This document shows positions 42,892 to 54,767 of a DNA stretch of 64,000 bases, in pieces. The notes beneath the pieces are model-generated. The model was not told where the DNA came from. It saw nothing but the letters and a program-made list of their open reading frames with translations, and made no database searches. The number at the start of each line of letters is the position of its first letter. The first letter of the stretch is position 1. The translations under genes were made by a program, and so were the position numbers. The DNA comes from Octopus sinensis. Its lineage: Eukaryota. The stretch spans positions 97,588,001-97,652,000 of the forward strand of contig NC_043000.1 of the NCBI RefSeq assembly GCF_006345805.1, given 5' to 3'.

Positions 42892-43556
42892 GAATGCCCT
42901 TTTTGAATCTGAAAACACTGAAAATGGGAGCATACCCTTTCGGCTTGTTATCGCTTCTGAAGATCTGTTCCAAACTAACAGTGCCACAAACTCAAATATG
43001 CAAGCGAAGAATTTCTGCTCTCCCCTTTCCACCAGCGTGGGTTAAAATCAGCAAACACTATGTTTTTTTCGGTAAAATCCGAGACATTAAGTAGAGAGAG
43101 ATGAATTATAATTTCAACAATTGAGGGTAAATTAATTAATTAATTAATCAATTTCACCAAGTATTCAGTATGCAAAGGGACCATTTAAGGCAAATTCAAA
43201 TTATTACATATATAAAAGGGCTTAGTAAAATAAATTACTTTGCCGCATACTGAACTCGTTAGAAATAGCAGCTAAAAAATACTGAATACTTGGTGAAATT
43301 GATTAATTAATTAATTTTACCCTCAATTGTTGAAATTATTAATTCATCTCTCTCTACTTAATGTCTCGGATTTTACCGAAAAAAACATAGTGTTTGCTGA
43401 TTTTAACCCACGCTGGTGGAAGGGGAGAGCAGAAATTCTTCGCTTGCATATTTGAGTTTGTTGGCACTGTTAGTTTGGAACAGATCTTCAGAAGCGATAA
43501 CAAGCCGAAAGGGTATGCTCCATTTTCAGTGTTTTCAGATTCAAACAAGGGCATTC

Positions 43557-43609
43557 TGAGCTGATGAGAGAAGGGTCGATTTTGACTAATCTTGAAACGT
43601 ACGTACTCA
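43557..43609 (+). ncRNA. Type I hammerhead ribozyme, array copy 6
   Basis: TGAG CTGATGA GAGA-AGG-GTCG-ATTT-TGAC-TAA-TCTT GAAAC GTAC GTA CTCA; predicted cleavage 3' of A43605. Stem I extends via CAAGGG/CCTTTG and TCAAA/TTTGA. Confidence 0.87.
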
Positions 43610-44119
43610 AATAACCTTTGCATTTGATTTTTTAATGTCTCTACCCCCATACTTCCTTGAGTTGAATTGAGCAAACACTATATGAGAGAGGTTTTCTTTA
43701 AGTGTTAGAAATAGTGTTATAAAAAGTTTTTTTAGCTGCTATTTCTAACGAGTTCAGTATGCGGCAAAGTAATTTATTTTACTAAGCCCTTTTATATAAT
43801 GTAATAATTTGAATTCGCCTTAAATGGTCCCTTTGCATACTGAATACTTGGTGAAATTGATTAATAATTAATTAATTTTACCCTCAATTGTTGAATAATA
43901 ATTTCATCTCTCTCTACTTAATGTCTCGGATTTTACCGAAAAAAAACATAGTGTTTGCTGATTTTAACCCACGCTGGTGGAAAGGGGAGAGCAGAAATTC
44001 TTCGCTTGCATATTTGAGTTTGTTGGCACTGTTAGTTTGGAACAGATCTTCAGAAGCGATAACAAGCCGAAAGGGTATGCTCCCATTTTCAGTGTTTTCA
44101 GATTCAAACAAGGGCATTC

Positions 44120-44171
44120 TGAGCTGATGAGAGAAGGTCGATTTTGACTAATCTTGAAACGTACGTACTCA
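44120..44171 (+). ncRNA. Type I hammerhead ribozyme, array copy 7
   Basis: Same motif, one G fewer in the stem II internal loop; predicted cleavage 3' of A44167. Confidence 0.83.
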
Positions 44172-44677
44172 AATAACCTTTGCATTTGATTTTTTAATGT
44201 CTCTACCCCCATACTTCCTTGAGTTGAATTGAGCAAACACTATATGAGAGAGGTTTTCTTTAAGTGTTAGAATAGTTTTTATAAAAGTTTTTTTAGCTGC
44301 TATTTCTAACGAGTTCAGTATGCGGCAAAGTAATTTATTTTACTAAGCCCTTTTATATAATAATAATTTGAATTCGCCTTAAATGGTCCCTTTGCATACT
44401 GAATACTTGGTGAAATTGATTAATTAATTAATTAATTTTACCCTCAATTGTTGAAATTATAATTCATCTCTCTCTACTTAATGTCTCGGATTTTACGAAA
44501 AAAACATAGTGTTTGCTGATTTTAACCCACGCTGGTGGAAAGGGGAGAGCAGAAATTCTTCGCTTGCATATTTGAGTTTGTTGGCACTGTTAGTTTGGAA
44601 CAGATCTTCAGAAGCGATAACAAGCCGAAAGGGTATGCTCCCATTTTCAGTGTTTTCAGATTCAAACAAGGGCATTC

Positions 44678-44730
44678 TGAGCTGATGGGAGAAGGGTCGA
44701 TTTTGACTAATCTTGAAACGTACGTACTCA
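44678..44730 (+). ncRNA. Hammerhead copy 8 with core variant A9G (CTGATGG), probably impaired
   Basis: GCTGATGGGAGAAGGG instead of GCTGATGAGAGAAGGG; the rest of the fold is intact. Confidence 0.7.
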
Positions 44731-45234
44731 AAAACCTTTGCATTTGATTTTTTAATGTCTCTACCCCCATACTTCCTTGAGTTGAATTGAGCAAACACTA
44801 TATGAGAGAGTTTTCTTTAAGTGTTAGAAATAGTTTTATAAAAAGTTTTTTTAGCTGCTATTTCTAACGAGTTCAGTATGCGGCAAAGTAATTTATTTTA
44901 CTAAGCCCTTTTATATATATGTATAATTTTGAATTCGCCTTAAATGGTCCCTTTGCATACTGAATACTTGTGAAATTGATTAATTAATTAATAATTTTAC
45001 CCTCAATTGTTGAAATTATAATTCATCTCTCTCTACTTAATGTCTCGGATTTTACCGAAAAAAACATAGTGTTTGCTGATTTAACCCACGCTGGTGGAAA
45101 GGGGAGAGCAGAAATTCTTCGCTTGCATATTTGAGTTTGTTGGCACTGTTAGTTTGGAAAAGATCTTCAGAGCGATAACAAGCCGAAAGGGTATGCTCCA
45201 TTTTCAGTGTTTTCAGATTCAAACAAGGGCATTC

Positions 45235-45287
45235 TGAGCTGATGAGAGAAGGGTCGATTTTGACTAATCTTGAAACGTACGTACTCA
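45235..45287 (+). ncRNA. Type I hammerhead ribozyme, array copy 9
   Basis: Identical to the copy 6 motif; predicted cleavage 3' of A45283. Confidence 0.85.
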
Positions 45288-45604
45288 AATAACCTTTGCA
45301 TTTGATTTTTTAATGTCTCTACCCCCATACTTCCTTGAGTTGAATTGAGCAAACACTATATGAGAGAGGTTTTCTTTAAGTGTTGGAAATAGTTTTATAA
45401 AAAGTTTTTTAGCTGCTATTTCTAACGAGTTCAGTATGCGGCAAAGTATTTATTTTACTAATCCCTTTTATTAATGTAATAATTTGAATTCGCCTTAAAT
45501 GGTCCCTTTGCATACTGAATACTTGGTGAAATTGATTAATTAATTAATTAATTTTACCCTCATTGTTGAAATATATATATATAATGTATATACATATAAT
45601 GTGG

Positions 45605-45635
<31 letters not shown>

Positions 45636-45686
45636 TATATAATATATATATAATATATATATACATATATATATATACATATAATA

Positions 45687-45729
<43 letters not shown>

Positions 45730-45797
45730 GTGTGTTTGTGTGTATATATATTATATATTATAATATATATATATATATATATTATATATATGGTGTG

Positions 45798-45836
<39 letters not shown>

Positions 45837-45853
45837 TATATATAATATATATA

Positions 45854-45889
<36 letters not shown>

Positions 45890-45890
<1 letters not shown>

Positions 45891-46498
45891 ATAAGATCGT
45901 TAATTTAAAATAAAATAACGATTTTATCAAGTGGTCAGCATGGAAAAAATAACAATCAAAGGTAATAATTATTAAAATTATAAATTAGGGTATCTATGAG
46001 ATACCACCATGCTGAAAATAGCAGCCATGATCTGACTCTAAAACCACTTTAATTGTCCATATATCAACACGGAGAGAAAACAAAGAGACAAGATGAGACT
46101 AGTAAAAATTTACTGGATAATCCTAGATCCTGAGATTTCTGACTTTACATTTAGGAATGCTTTGCCTCGTCAGTAGAATACTCACAGAAAAGAAACATAA
46201 ATACATATATATATATATATATAAATACAACATGCGAATGCTTACATATACGAACATATACCTACAAATATATGCACGTATGCATCATGGTCAGTTCAAA
46301 ATGCCCGCCGTTTAATTCCATGTGAGATATGATTAAAATATCGCCGAAGTAAAATATAGTGATGAAATAAATTTAAATTTACATAAATAAGGATAAGATG
46401 GTTAATGTAAAATAAAATAACGATTTTATCAAGTGATCAGCATGAAAAAAATAACCTTCATAGATAATAATTATTAAAATTATAAATTAGGGTGTCTA
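45890..46498 (+). repeat. ~110-bp direct repeat (45890-46000 and 46388-46498)
   Basis: AAGGATAAGAT.GTTAAT.TAAAATAAAATAACGATTTTATCAAGTG.TCAGCATG...ATTATAAATTAGGGT occurs twice. Confidence 0.85.
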
Positions 46499-46761
46499 TA
46501 TATATGAGATGTCGCTTCCCAACCACATGGTTCCAGGTTCAGTCCCACTGCGTGGCAACTTGGCCAAATGTCTTTTACTATAACCTCGAGCTGGTCAAAG
46601 CCTTGTGAATGGATCTGGTAGACGAAAACTAAAAGAAGCCATTCGTATATATCTGTATCTATAAAATAGAGTTTGTGTATATATGTGTCGGTGTGTGGTG
46701 TGTATGTTCCTTATGGATTCGAAAACTGCGTAATTTAGATGACTATATATATATATATTCC

Positions 46762-46839
<78 letters not shown>

Positions 46840-46876
46840 ATATATGTTTGTGTGTGTGTGTGTATATATATATATT

Positions 46877-47044
46877 GGCGCAGACGTGGCTATGCCGTTA
46901 GACGTTTGTTTCTCTGCCTATCAGCCACATGGTTCCGAGTGTAGTCCCATTGCGTGGCACCTTGCCCGACAGCTTTCTACTATGGCTCCGCACCGACCAT
47001 AGCCTTATGAGTGGATTTGATACGCAGAAACGGAAATAAGCCCG

Positions 47045-47080
<36 letters not shown>

Positions 47081-47305
47081 ATATGTATGTGTGTGTGTGA
47101 GTGAGAGAGAGAGAGTGTACGTGTTCCACCACCACTTTACAACAAGTGTTGGTTTGCTTTACATCACCATAACGTAGCAAATAGAACGATAGTATAAATA
47201 CCAGACTTCAAAAAATTCCTGGAGTCGATTTGTTCGACTAAACCTTTCAAGACGGTGCCCGAACATGGTCGCAATCCAATGAGCGAAGCAAGTAAAAGAT
47301 AAAAG
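46877..47305 (+). mobile_element. SINE family B, diverged
   Basis: GGCGCAGACGTGGCT head through AGTAAAAGATAAAAG tail. Confidence 0.8.
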
Positions 47306-47329
47306 CCTATGATGATTGCTCCATCTTCA

Positions 47330-47560
47330 CAGATGGTTGCCGTCTCGTATTTCCTCGTTGTCAATGACATTTCTGAATGTCCATCCATGACCTCTCAGAT
47401 GACAATTCAGTGCCGTTGCACATTTGCATGGTTTGGAGCATAGGTGACAAGCGAAAGTTAGGTCTGCACACGTCACCACTCATCTATCACCATAGAACTT
47501 TTCACAACTTGGAATGACAAATGAGGTCATCATGCAGAGACATCTATACGTCATTGGATT
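47330..47560 (-). mobile_element. RTE-type LINE 3' end with terminal zinc finger
   Basis: FACHLCSKPCKCATALNCHLRGH (C-x2-C-x12-H-x3-H) at 47387-47455; single finger, no TGEKP linker. Confidence 0.55.
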
Positions 47561-48301
47561 ATAACGATAAACACTTGTACAATTCGATTACCACACTCTG
47601 AGTCTCGGTGATTTGTGCCTAGTTTCTGGCCGAAGCGAGATGACCAGTAATTACGTGAAACCTCAGGTTTTACATCAGTGTTCCTCTCCTAGAAGTACGC
47701 TGCGACAACAGCTAGGGGTCACTCACTCCCAATGGTTTTACTGTGCGCCCTGACACCAGCCGAGGGTATTTCTGCGTACCCGCTATCAGATACAATGATA
47801 TCACATACGTTACTTAAACCATAGCTGGGACCCTGACACATACTATATAACCGAGTTGGAGTAGACCTGAGAAGAATAGGGGCTCAGAGGTGGTTCCGAA
47901 TTCAAAATCCTGGGTCTCCCGAACTCCAGAACTGGATGCAATTTAAGTCATAGCCAAGACATAAAGTGGTGTACATATATGCGTTCCCATATGTGTGGTG
48001 TGTGCGTGCGTGCATGTGTGTGTATAGGTATGTATGTACTTGTATCTATGTACGTATGTAATTCTTCATGCTTGCTTATATAAATTATATAAATTTTATA
48101 TATATATATATATTCATGAGTGTGTGTGTGTGTGTGTACATATATGTCTGCGTGAGTGTGTGTCTGTATGTATATGTATGTATATAAGCACATATTCACC
48201 ATAGATGTACATAAATAATATATATATATATATATATATAATATATATATGATGTCTTATGTACTGTTGGCGCTTTAAATCATAGTGTTACATCCCGTTT
48301 G

Positions 48302-48341
<40 letters not shown>

Positions 48342-48491
48342 TACGCTTTCCTTTCGCTGATTTACCATCCACTCCTCTAAGCTCAGATTTTTACATAAAC
48401 GTTTGTTATTTATGATATATTGACTCCATGATTTATCATTTACTCCCAAAATTCTTTGAAAATTATTATTTTTATTATCATCATCATTGTT

Positions 48492-48523
<32 letters not shown>

Positions 48524-49269
48524 AATGATGATGATGATGATGATGATGCTTAAGCCTTCTTTATACCTTGTTTATTTCTTCATAAGACTTTTTTCTTATT
48601 TCCGCTTTTGTAAACGCCTATTTTTTATTTTGTTTTCTATTTCTTTGCTATTCTTTTTTTTTTGTTTCCGTTTTTTATAATTTTTTTGTTTTGTTTTTTC
48701 TAGTTCTTTTCACTGATTTCATTTTCGAATCTTGTTTTTGAAAAATGATGGGTTGAGTGAGAACTAACAACAATTGGAAGTTGCTGAAAGCCGTGCAGAT
48801 GTGGCAGATGTGTCTTTGTGTAATAATGAACTTTCGTTTGTTAAACAGGAAGTTTTTTTTTTTAATCTCCCTACGAGCATCTCTACTACCGACAACGGAA
48901 ACTATTATGAATACAGCAGGGCGGGAAAATTATAGAAGTGAAAACAAGATGGTAGAATGATATAGATGGAGGATATATATATAAAATATATATCTATTTA
49001 CGTATGCACGTATGTGAGAGAGAGTGTGTGTGTGTCTGCATGTATGTATGTGTATACATTCAAACGCACATATACATATTTATATATATATATATATGTA
49101 TGTATACACACATACACACACCACATATATATATATATATAATGTAAGGACAAGCAGGTTAGTCAAGTTCATGTACAAAAATTGTAAAATACATTTAATA
49201 CAGAGAATGTACATATGTATACATATAAAAGAAGTTCGATTTACACAGAATGGAAATGATGACAATAAT

Positions 49270-50203
49270 TGAGTGAGAGTTTTTCGAGTCCAACAGCTGT
49301 TTCTGGTGATTAGTGGTCTAAAATAATGCTTGTAATTGATTTCGTTACCGGATGCCACCAGCTTCCGTCTTCGATGAAGAATTTTACGTTTGAAGAGTTG
49401 GTAGAATGGAGATTAAAGATGGAATGATTTTCTGGAGAATTAAGTGTATTAGAAAAAGGAGTTGGGGTCATTAGATAGAGAGTAGTGGGAGGAGAAAATA
49501 GATTTTGAGTTTAGGATTAATATGAAGCTGGTGATAGCAGTAGAGGTGGAAGGTGGGAAGAAAGTTGAAAGGTGGTTTAGGTAGTATTTGAAAGATGAGC
49601 TTTGTGTTAGTTTGCATGAAGGTGGTGGGGTGTTATGGTCAATAAAGGAGTATAAAATTGAATAGAGAGATGTGAGTAGAGGTAGATTAGTTAGTTTTCA
49701 AAGGAGTTGGGTATTCAGTACTTTTTGAGACTGGAGAGTTTGGAGAGGCTAAGAGGGAAGTGTGAAGTAGTTCAGAAATTGGTGATATGTGTATGAGAGA
49801 GAGCGAGAGAGAGAGAGTAGGAGGGTTAGTATTTTTTAATGTCTTGGTTTAAAGATTTTGGGGGTATGGGAACTTGTGGAATTATTTAGATTTGGCGAAG
49901 TGCGAGAAATAGGAGTAGTACCTGTGTTTACAAGAATAAATAACATCAGAGAATCTTTTAATGAGGAGTTATGAAGGCGAAGAATGGTTAATGATTCTTT
50001 TAAACATAACTTACACTTGCCGATGTTTGCATTGCATAGGGGAGCTTCGCTTACTATGGACCAGGATAAGGTGTATGGAATATTTTGGGGATTTGAGGTT
50101 GTGTATATACGTTGTTAAGGAGATTGATAATTTAATATTTGGATTGGTGAAAGAGTTCATGTGTGCACGGTAGCGGCGCTTGAAATCTACAGTGCCACTG
50201 ATA
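49270..50203 (-). mobile_element. Penelope-like relic (GIY-YIG C-terminus plus probable 3' UTR), cut by the assembly gap
   Basis: ISGTVDFKRRYRAHMNSF...LTTYIHNLK, then a frameshift to WSIVSEAPLCNANIGKCKLCLKESL and SCKHR (49880-50203). The pyrimidine-rich tail is assigned by position only. Confidence 0.8.
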
Positions 50204-50303
50204 NNNNNNNNNNNNNNNNNNNNNNNNNNNNNNNNNNNNNNNNNNNNNNNNNNNNNNNNNNNNNNNNNNNNNNNNNNNNNNNNNNNNNNNNNNNNNNNNN
50301 NNN
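50204..50303. other. Assembly gap (100 N)
   Basis: Run of exactly 100 N, typical of a scaffolding placeholder. Confidence 0.99.
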
Positions 50304-50762
50304 CAGACAGACAGATAGATAGACAAACAGAAACGTATACGTATATAAATACATAAACTTGTATTGATGAAGGGGATTTTTCCTTCGCAGGAAGGACTAG
50401 TTCGACGAGACGTGTTCTGTCCTCACCTTCGAAACACGCTGGAGTTGAACTAGGGACAGCTGATAAAGTGGATTTTTCCTTGTGTAGTTGTCTTGTACTC
50501 TGTTTTTTCGTTGTTAAAAAAATGGTCCGTTCCATGCTGTTTTTACGTTTTCGTTTCTCGTTGAGTTCTACGTCTATTTGTGGTGTCCTGTACACACGTA
50601 TATATATTTATATATACATGTATATATACATGTAGATGTAGGTACGTACATATATGTTTGTATGTATGCATATATTTTATTTATTACACTATTGTATGAC
50701 TGAGCGCCTTCGCGTCGATTCGATTCGTTTGGTTCGTTTGGTTTCTTCTTCTTCTCTAAGCT

Positions 50763-50801
<39 letters not shown>

Positions 50802-51739
50802 TATACACATACATACATACATACATACATACATACACAAACAACACCACACACACACATACATACACCACACACACAACACACATACATACATACATAC
50901 ATACATACATACATACATACATACATACATACATACATACATACATACATACATACATACATACATACATACATACATGGAACCAGACAGACAGGCAAGG
51001 AAAGAGAGAGAGAGAGACTGATGTATTCTGAAACGTTATAAGATTAAAGCTGGACTATTTCTAGTGCGTACTTTGAAGTCTCCACTACAGAGTGTGCATT
51101 AAATAGACTATATTTCAATTTGTTTGAACAGTAAAAATTCATTTCTTTTGAATGATCAAATACACCTGGTATTTTAGGAGAAGAATGATTGGAGATGTGA
51201 TGTTCATGACTTGCCTTGAGAACATTAATGACGAAAGTTAAATGAAATCGTTTTAGGCAGGTATTTGAAACTAGCAACATAACATATTACTTACAGAATA
51301 TATGCATATCATATCATAACATAAGAAGGTTGCTTCCCAACCACATGGTTCGGTGTTCAATTCTACTTTAGCCTCGGGCCTACCTTTGTGAGTGGATTTG
51401 GTAGATGGAAACTGAAAGCCCATCGTATATATATATATATAATATATATATATAACAATTATGAACTGTTCCATTATACTCTTTATGTATATAGCATGGA
51501 CTCTATTGAATGTATGTAACAATTATGAACCGTTCAATTATACTCTTTATTATAAAAATTTTTTTTCGATAAGGTTCGTTATTTCAAGAACCGAAACACG
51601 TAAAATTAAAATTTATCTAATATAGTGGCATTTTCAAACTTCTTTTTTACAAATATATATATTATATATATATACATCCTTTCTTACTTTGCACTTCACT
51701 TTGTCCCTGTCACTTTTTCTCGCGCTCTCTTTCTCTTCC

Positions 51740-51845
51740 CCTCCTCCTTAATTCCTTGTTCCTCTTTTTCTCTTTCTTCTCCCCCTCCTTAATTCCTTGT
51801 TCCTCTTTTTCTCTTTCTTCTCCCCCTCCTTAATTCCTCTGTCCC
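51740..51845. repeat. 41-bp pyrimidine minisatellite, ~2.5 copies
   Basis: TTAATTCC recurs at 51748, 51789 and 51830. Confidence 0.85.
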
Positions 51846-52406
51846 CCTTTTCCTCTCTCTTCTCTTCACACGTGACTGACTGACCGACTACTGGCCTTTT
51901 GGGTCTGGTAGCAGTCGAGGTAGCACCAACATTTTTTTTTGTCTGCCCCTAACACGCCAGCTGAGTTTAATTCGTCTAAGTCGAAAGACACCTGTTTGTG
52001 ATGTCCTGTTATTGTTATTATTATTATTATTATTATTATGTTTATTTATATTTTTTTTATTGTTGTTGTTTTTACGTATTATTTTTGTATACATATTCGT
52101 GAAACATCGTCCGTTTTTCCGTCCTTGTTTTGTATACATTCGAAGCTTTTTTCCAAGAAATCTACTGCGCTTAGCTTAGATTTTCCTTGGGGCTGACCAG
52201 ACTGGAGCAATCTCAAGATTAATCAGCCGAAATTGCGAGGATGATCCGGTTCTTGACTGAATATTGAAGGCTTCGAACGTCTCGTCCGTGTTTTTTGTAT
52301 CGTCTTCTAAATGTTTTGCGTTCTTGTCCCAGTTTGTATTTATGTATATATATAAATGTTAGCCCCTACACGCAATTTTTTTCTATCCTTGTTTCTTTTC
52401 TGTGTA

Positions 52407-52444
52407 TCTTTCTGTCGAAGAGCGTAGGCTCGAAACGTAAAAGA
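52407..52444 (+). ncRNA. Minimal hammerhead-like fold with non-canonical core (A6U)
   Basis: TCTTT CTGTCGA A GAGC GTAG GCTC GAAA CGT A AAAGA: stems I and II perfect, ACGU palindrome, GUA triplet; core reads CUGUCGA rather than CUGANGA. Confidence 0.55.
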
Positions 52445-52539
52445 CTTGTTTTATTTCTATTCCTGAGCGCCATACTAATACATTGTTTGTTTGTACTCCA
52501 CCTGCCTTCGTCTTTTGTTTATTTTCGTAAACCTTCCCG

Positions 52540-52570
<31 letters not shown>

Positions 52571-52573
<3 letters not shown>

Positions 52574-52988
52574 TCTTTCTCTTTTCTCTTTTCTCTTTTA
52601 CTTGTTTCAGTCATTTGACTGCGGCCATGCTGGAGCACCGCCTTTAGTCGAGCAAATCGACCCCGGGACTTATTCTTTGTAAGCCCAGTACTTATTCTAT
52701 CGGTCTCTTTTTGCCGAACCGCTAAGTGACGGGGACGTAAACACACCAGCATCGGTTGTCAAGCAATGCTAGGGGGACAAACACAGACACACAAACACAC
52801 ATACATATATATATATACATATATACGACAGGCTTCTTTCAGTTTCCGTCTACCAAATCCACTCACAAGGCATTGGTCGGCCCGGGGCTATAGCAGAAGA
52901 CACTTGCCCAAGATGCCACGCAGTGGGACTGAACCCGGAACCATGTGGTTGGTTAGCAAGCTACTTACCACACAGCCACTCCTGCGCC
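52571..52988 (-). mobile_element. SINE family B, full length, young
   Basis: Near-identical reverse complement of 57012-57409. Confidence 0.9.
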
Positions 52989-53014
52989 TATATATATATA
53001 TATAAATATATATA

Positions 53015-53165
53015 CACGTGGATGTGCTGAAATGTTCCAAAGTTCCTAGCTTTGGGTAAGAGAAAATACAGGAAGATCAGTTACTTATAATTTTATTGAA
53101 TATATTCTCCTCTCAGATTCACACACTTATTGCAGCGGTCCTTCAGGTTTTCTAAGCCCTGTAAA
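53015..53165. mobile_element. Mariner-like terminal fragment
   Basis: After TA: CACGTGGATGTGCTGAAATGTTCC...; resembles mariner termini of the GGTGCTGAAAAGTTCC type. Recognition from memory only. Confidence 0.45.
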
Positions 53166-54026
53166 CGAACTCTTAAAGCTAAGAACTTTTCAGCACTCCG
53201 TATATGTACGTATCAATATGTATGTATGTATGTATGTATGTATGCATGCATACATACATACATACATACATACATACATACATACATACATACATACATA
53301 CATACATACATACATACATACATACATACATACATACATACGTACGTACGTACGTACGTACGTACGTAACATTTACAATTGTAGCCCAAAACACAAAAAC
53401 CAAATCCCAGCACGTGAGTCAACCACGAATTCATGCTCTGTTGTCTTTGAAAAGGACACGTTGAATAATCTCATCCTGGATCCTTTAAATATAGAGAAAT
53501 GGCGAGATAGTCACAGCTTGAAAATATCATTGCTCATAGTCTTCTCGAACTGATTTGACCTGTGGCTAAATAGCAGCCACATCACCTCCAACAACAACAA
53601 CATCGTATCTATCACCTGTTTGACGACTGTTACCGTTTACACCAAATGGCCTGTGGACAAATACGACTGTCAAAATCACAAATATAAACATCTTTTTTTT
53701 TATTGAATAACATTAACAATTTAGGATTTAGCTCAAATGAGACAATGGTATGAATTTAAATATTTCAGGTAGGTGGAGATGTAGTGAATGATGTACGCAA
53801 AAAAGTTCCTCATGGAATTTTTTCGTCCATGTTATTCGGTACTTCACCACCTACTTACATACCTAGCTACATACATACGTGTGTATAAAATGCTTGTGTG
53901 TATGTATATAGATTATATAGATATATACCTATATATATATATTGTTATATATACTTATATATAAATATGTGTTTGTTTGTATATAAGTATAAACACACAG
54001 ACACACGCATAATTATATGCCTAGAT

Positions 54027-54126
<100 letters not shown>

Positions 54127-54767
54127 GTGTGTATGTGAAATGTATATGACTGTGTGTATATGCAAATGTATGTGCGCACGTATGCATATATTTATACTCT
54201 TTCTTGTTCTCTCACAACCAGCAATACCAGATATAAATCACACCTGGCTGCTGTGTATAACTAGAATGAGATATCATCATATATTATAGCGGAAGGTGGA
54301 CAGTGATGACAGCTACAGGTAAAGGAGAGGCAGGAAAGAAAAATCCAGGTGTAAAGATGGAACAGTTCCATACATACGTAAAAATACTTACATGATCACA
54401 CACACACACTCACACACTCACACAATATACGTACATACACGCACATATATGTATATATATACACATACATACATACGTTTATATACATAATTGCATACAC
54501 ACATGACAGAAGTATATACATACACACACACGTATATGTACACAAACACATTACATGGATAATGACATACATGTATACATACATACATACATGCATGCAT
54601 GCATTCATACATACATACATACATACATACATACATACATACATACATACATACATACATACATACATACATACATACATACATACATACATACATACAT
54701 ACATAATTACATTTATATATAGGCCATAAAAATCCAGGTGGTATGAGAGCTGAATATATTTATTTAA

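Larger units (their letters stand above)
40433..45571. repeat. Tandem array of ~557-bp monomers with central inversion; each full monomer carries a hammerhead ribozyme (retrozyme-like satellite)
   Basis: Monomer start AAAAGGGCTTAGTAAAATAAATTACTTTGCCGCATACTG recurs at ~40437, 40985, 41540, 42100, 42657 and 43214 (partial). From 43280 the reverse complement recurs about 4 times plus a partial copy ending ~45571. Copies differ mostly by 1-bp homopolymer indels. (TA)n flanks both ends. Confidence 0.97.

Noticed and set aside
41010-45352. Recurrent 60-107 aa ORFs in the array monomers (QRLFEYVRFKISQNRPFSHQLRMP...)
   Set aside because: The longer ones run antisense to the ribozyme, the frame differs from copy to copy with homopolymer indels, and I recognise no domain. 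The slight resemblance to a PLE C-terminus is on the wrong strand.
40433-45571. CRISPR-like or rDNA-like interpretation of the array
   Set aside because: There are no unique spacers, the monomer is ~557 bp, and no rRNA, 5S or snRNA sequence is recognisable.
47387-47455. C2H2 zinc finger suggesting an octopus ZNF cluster gene
   Set aside because: A single finger with no TGEKP linkers, in a context typical of an RTE LINE C-terminus.
49330-49385. Possible hammerhead at the 3' end of the second Penelope relic (TCGAAGA...GAAATCA, minus strand)
   Set aside because: The core is not CUGANGA and stem II does not close next to GAAA; at best a dead remnant.
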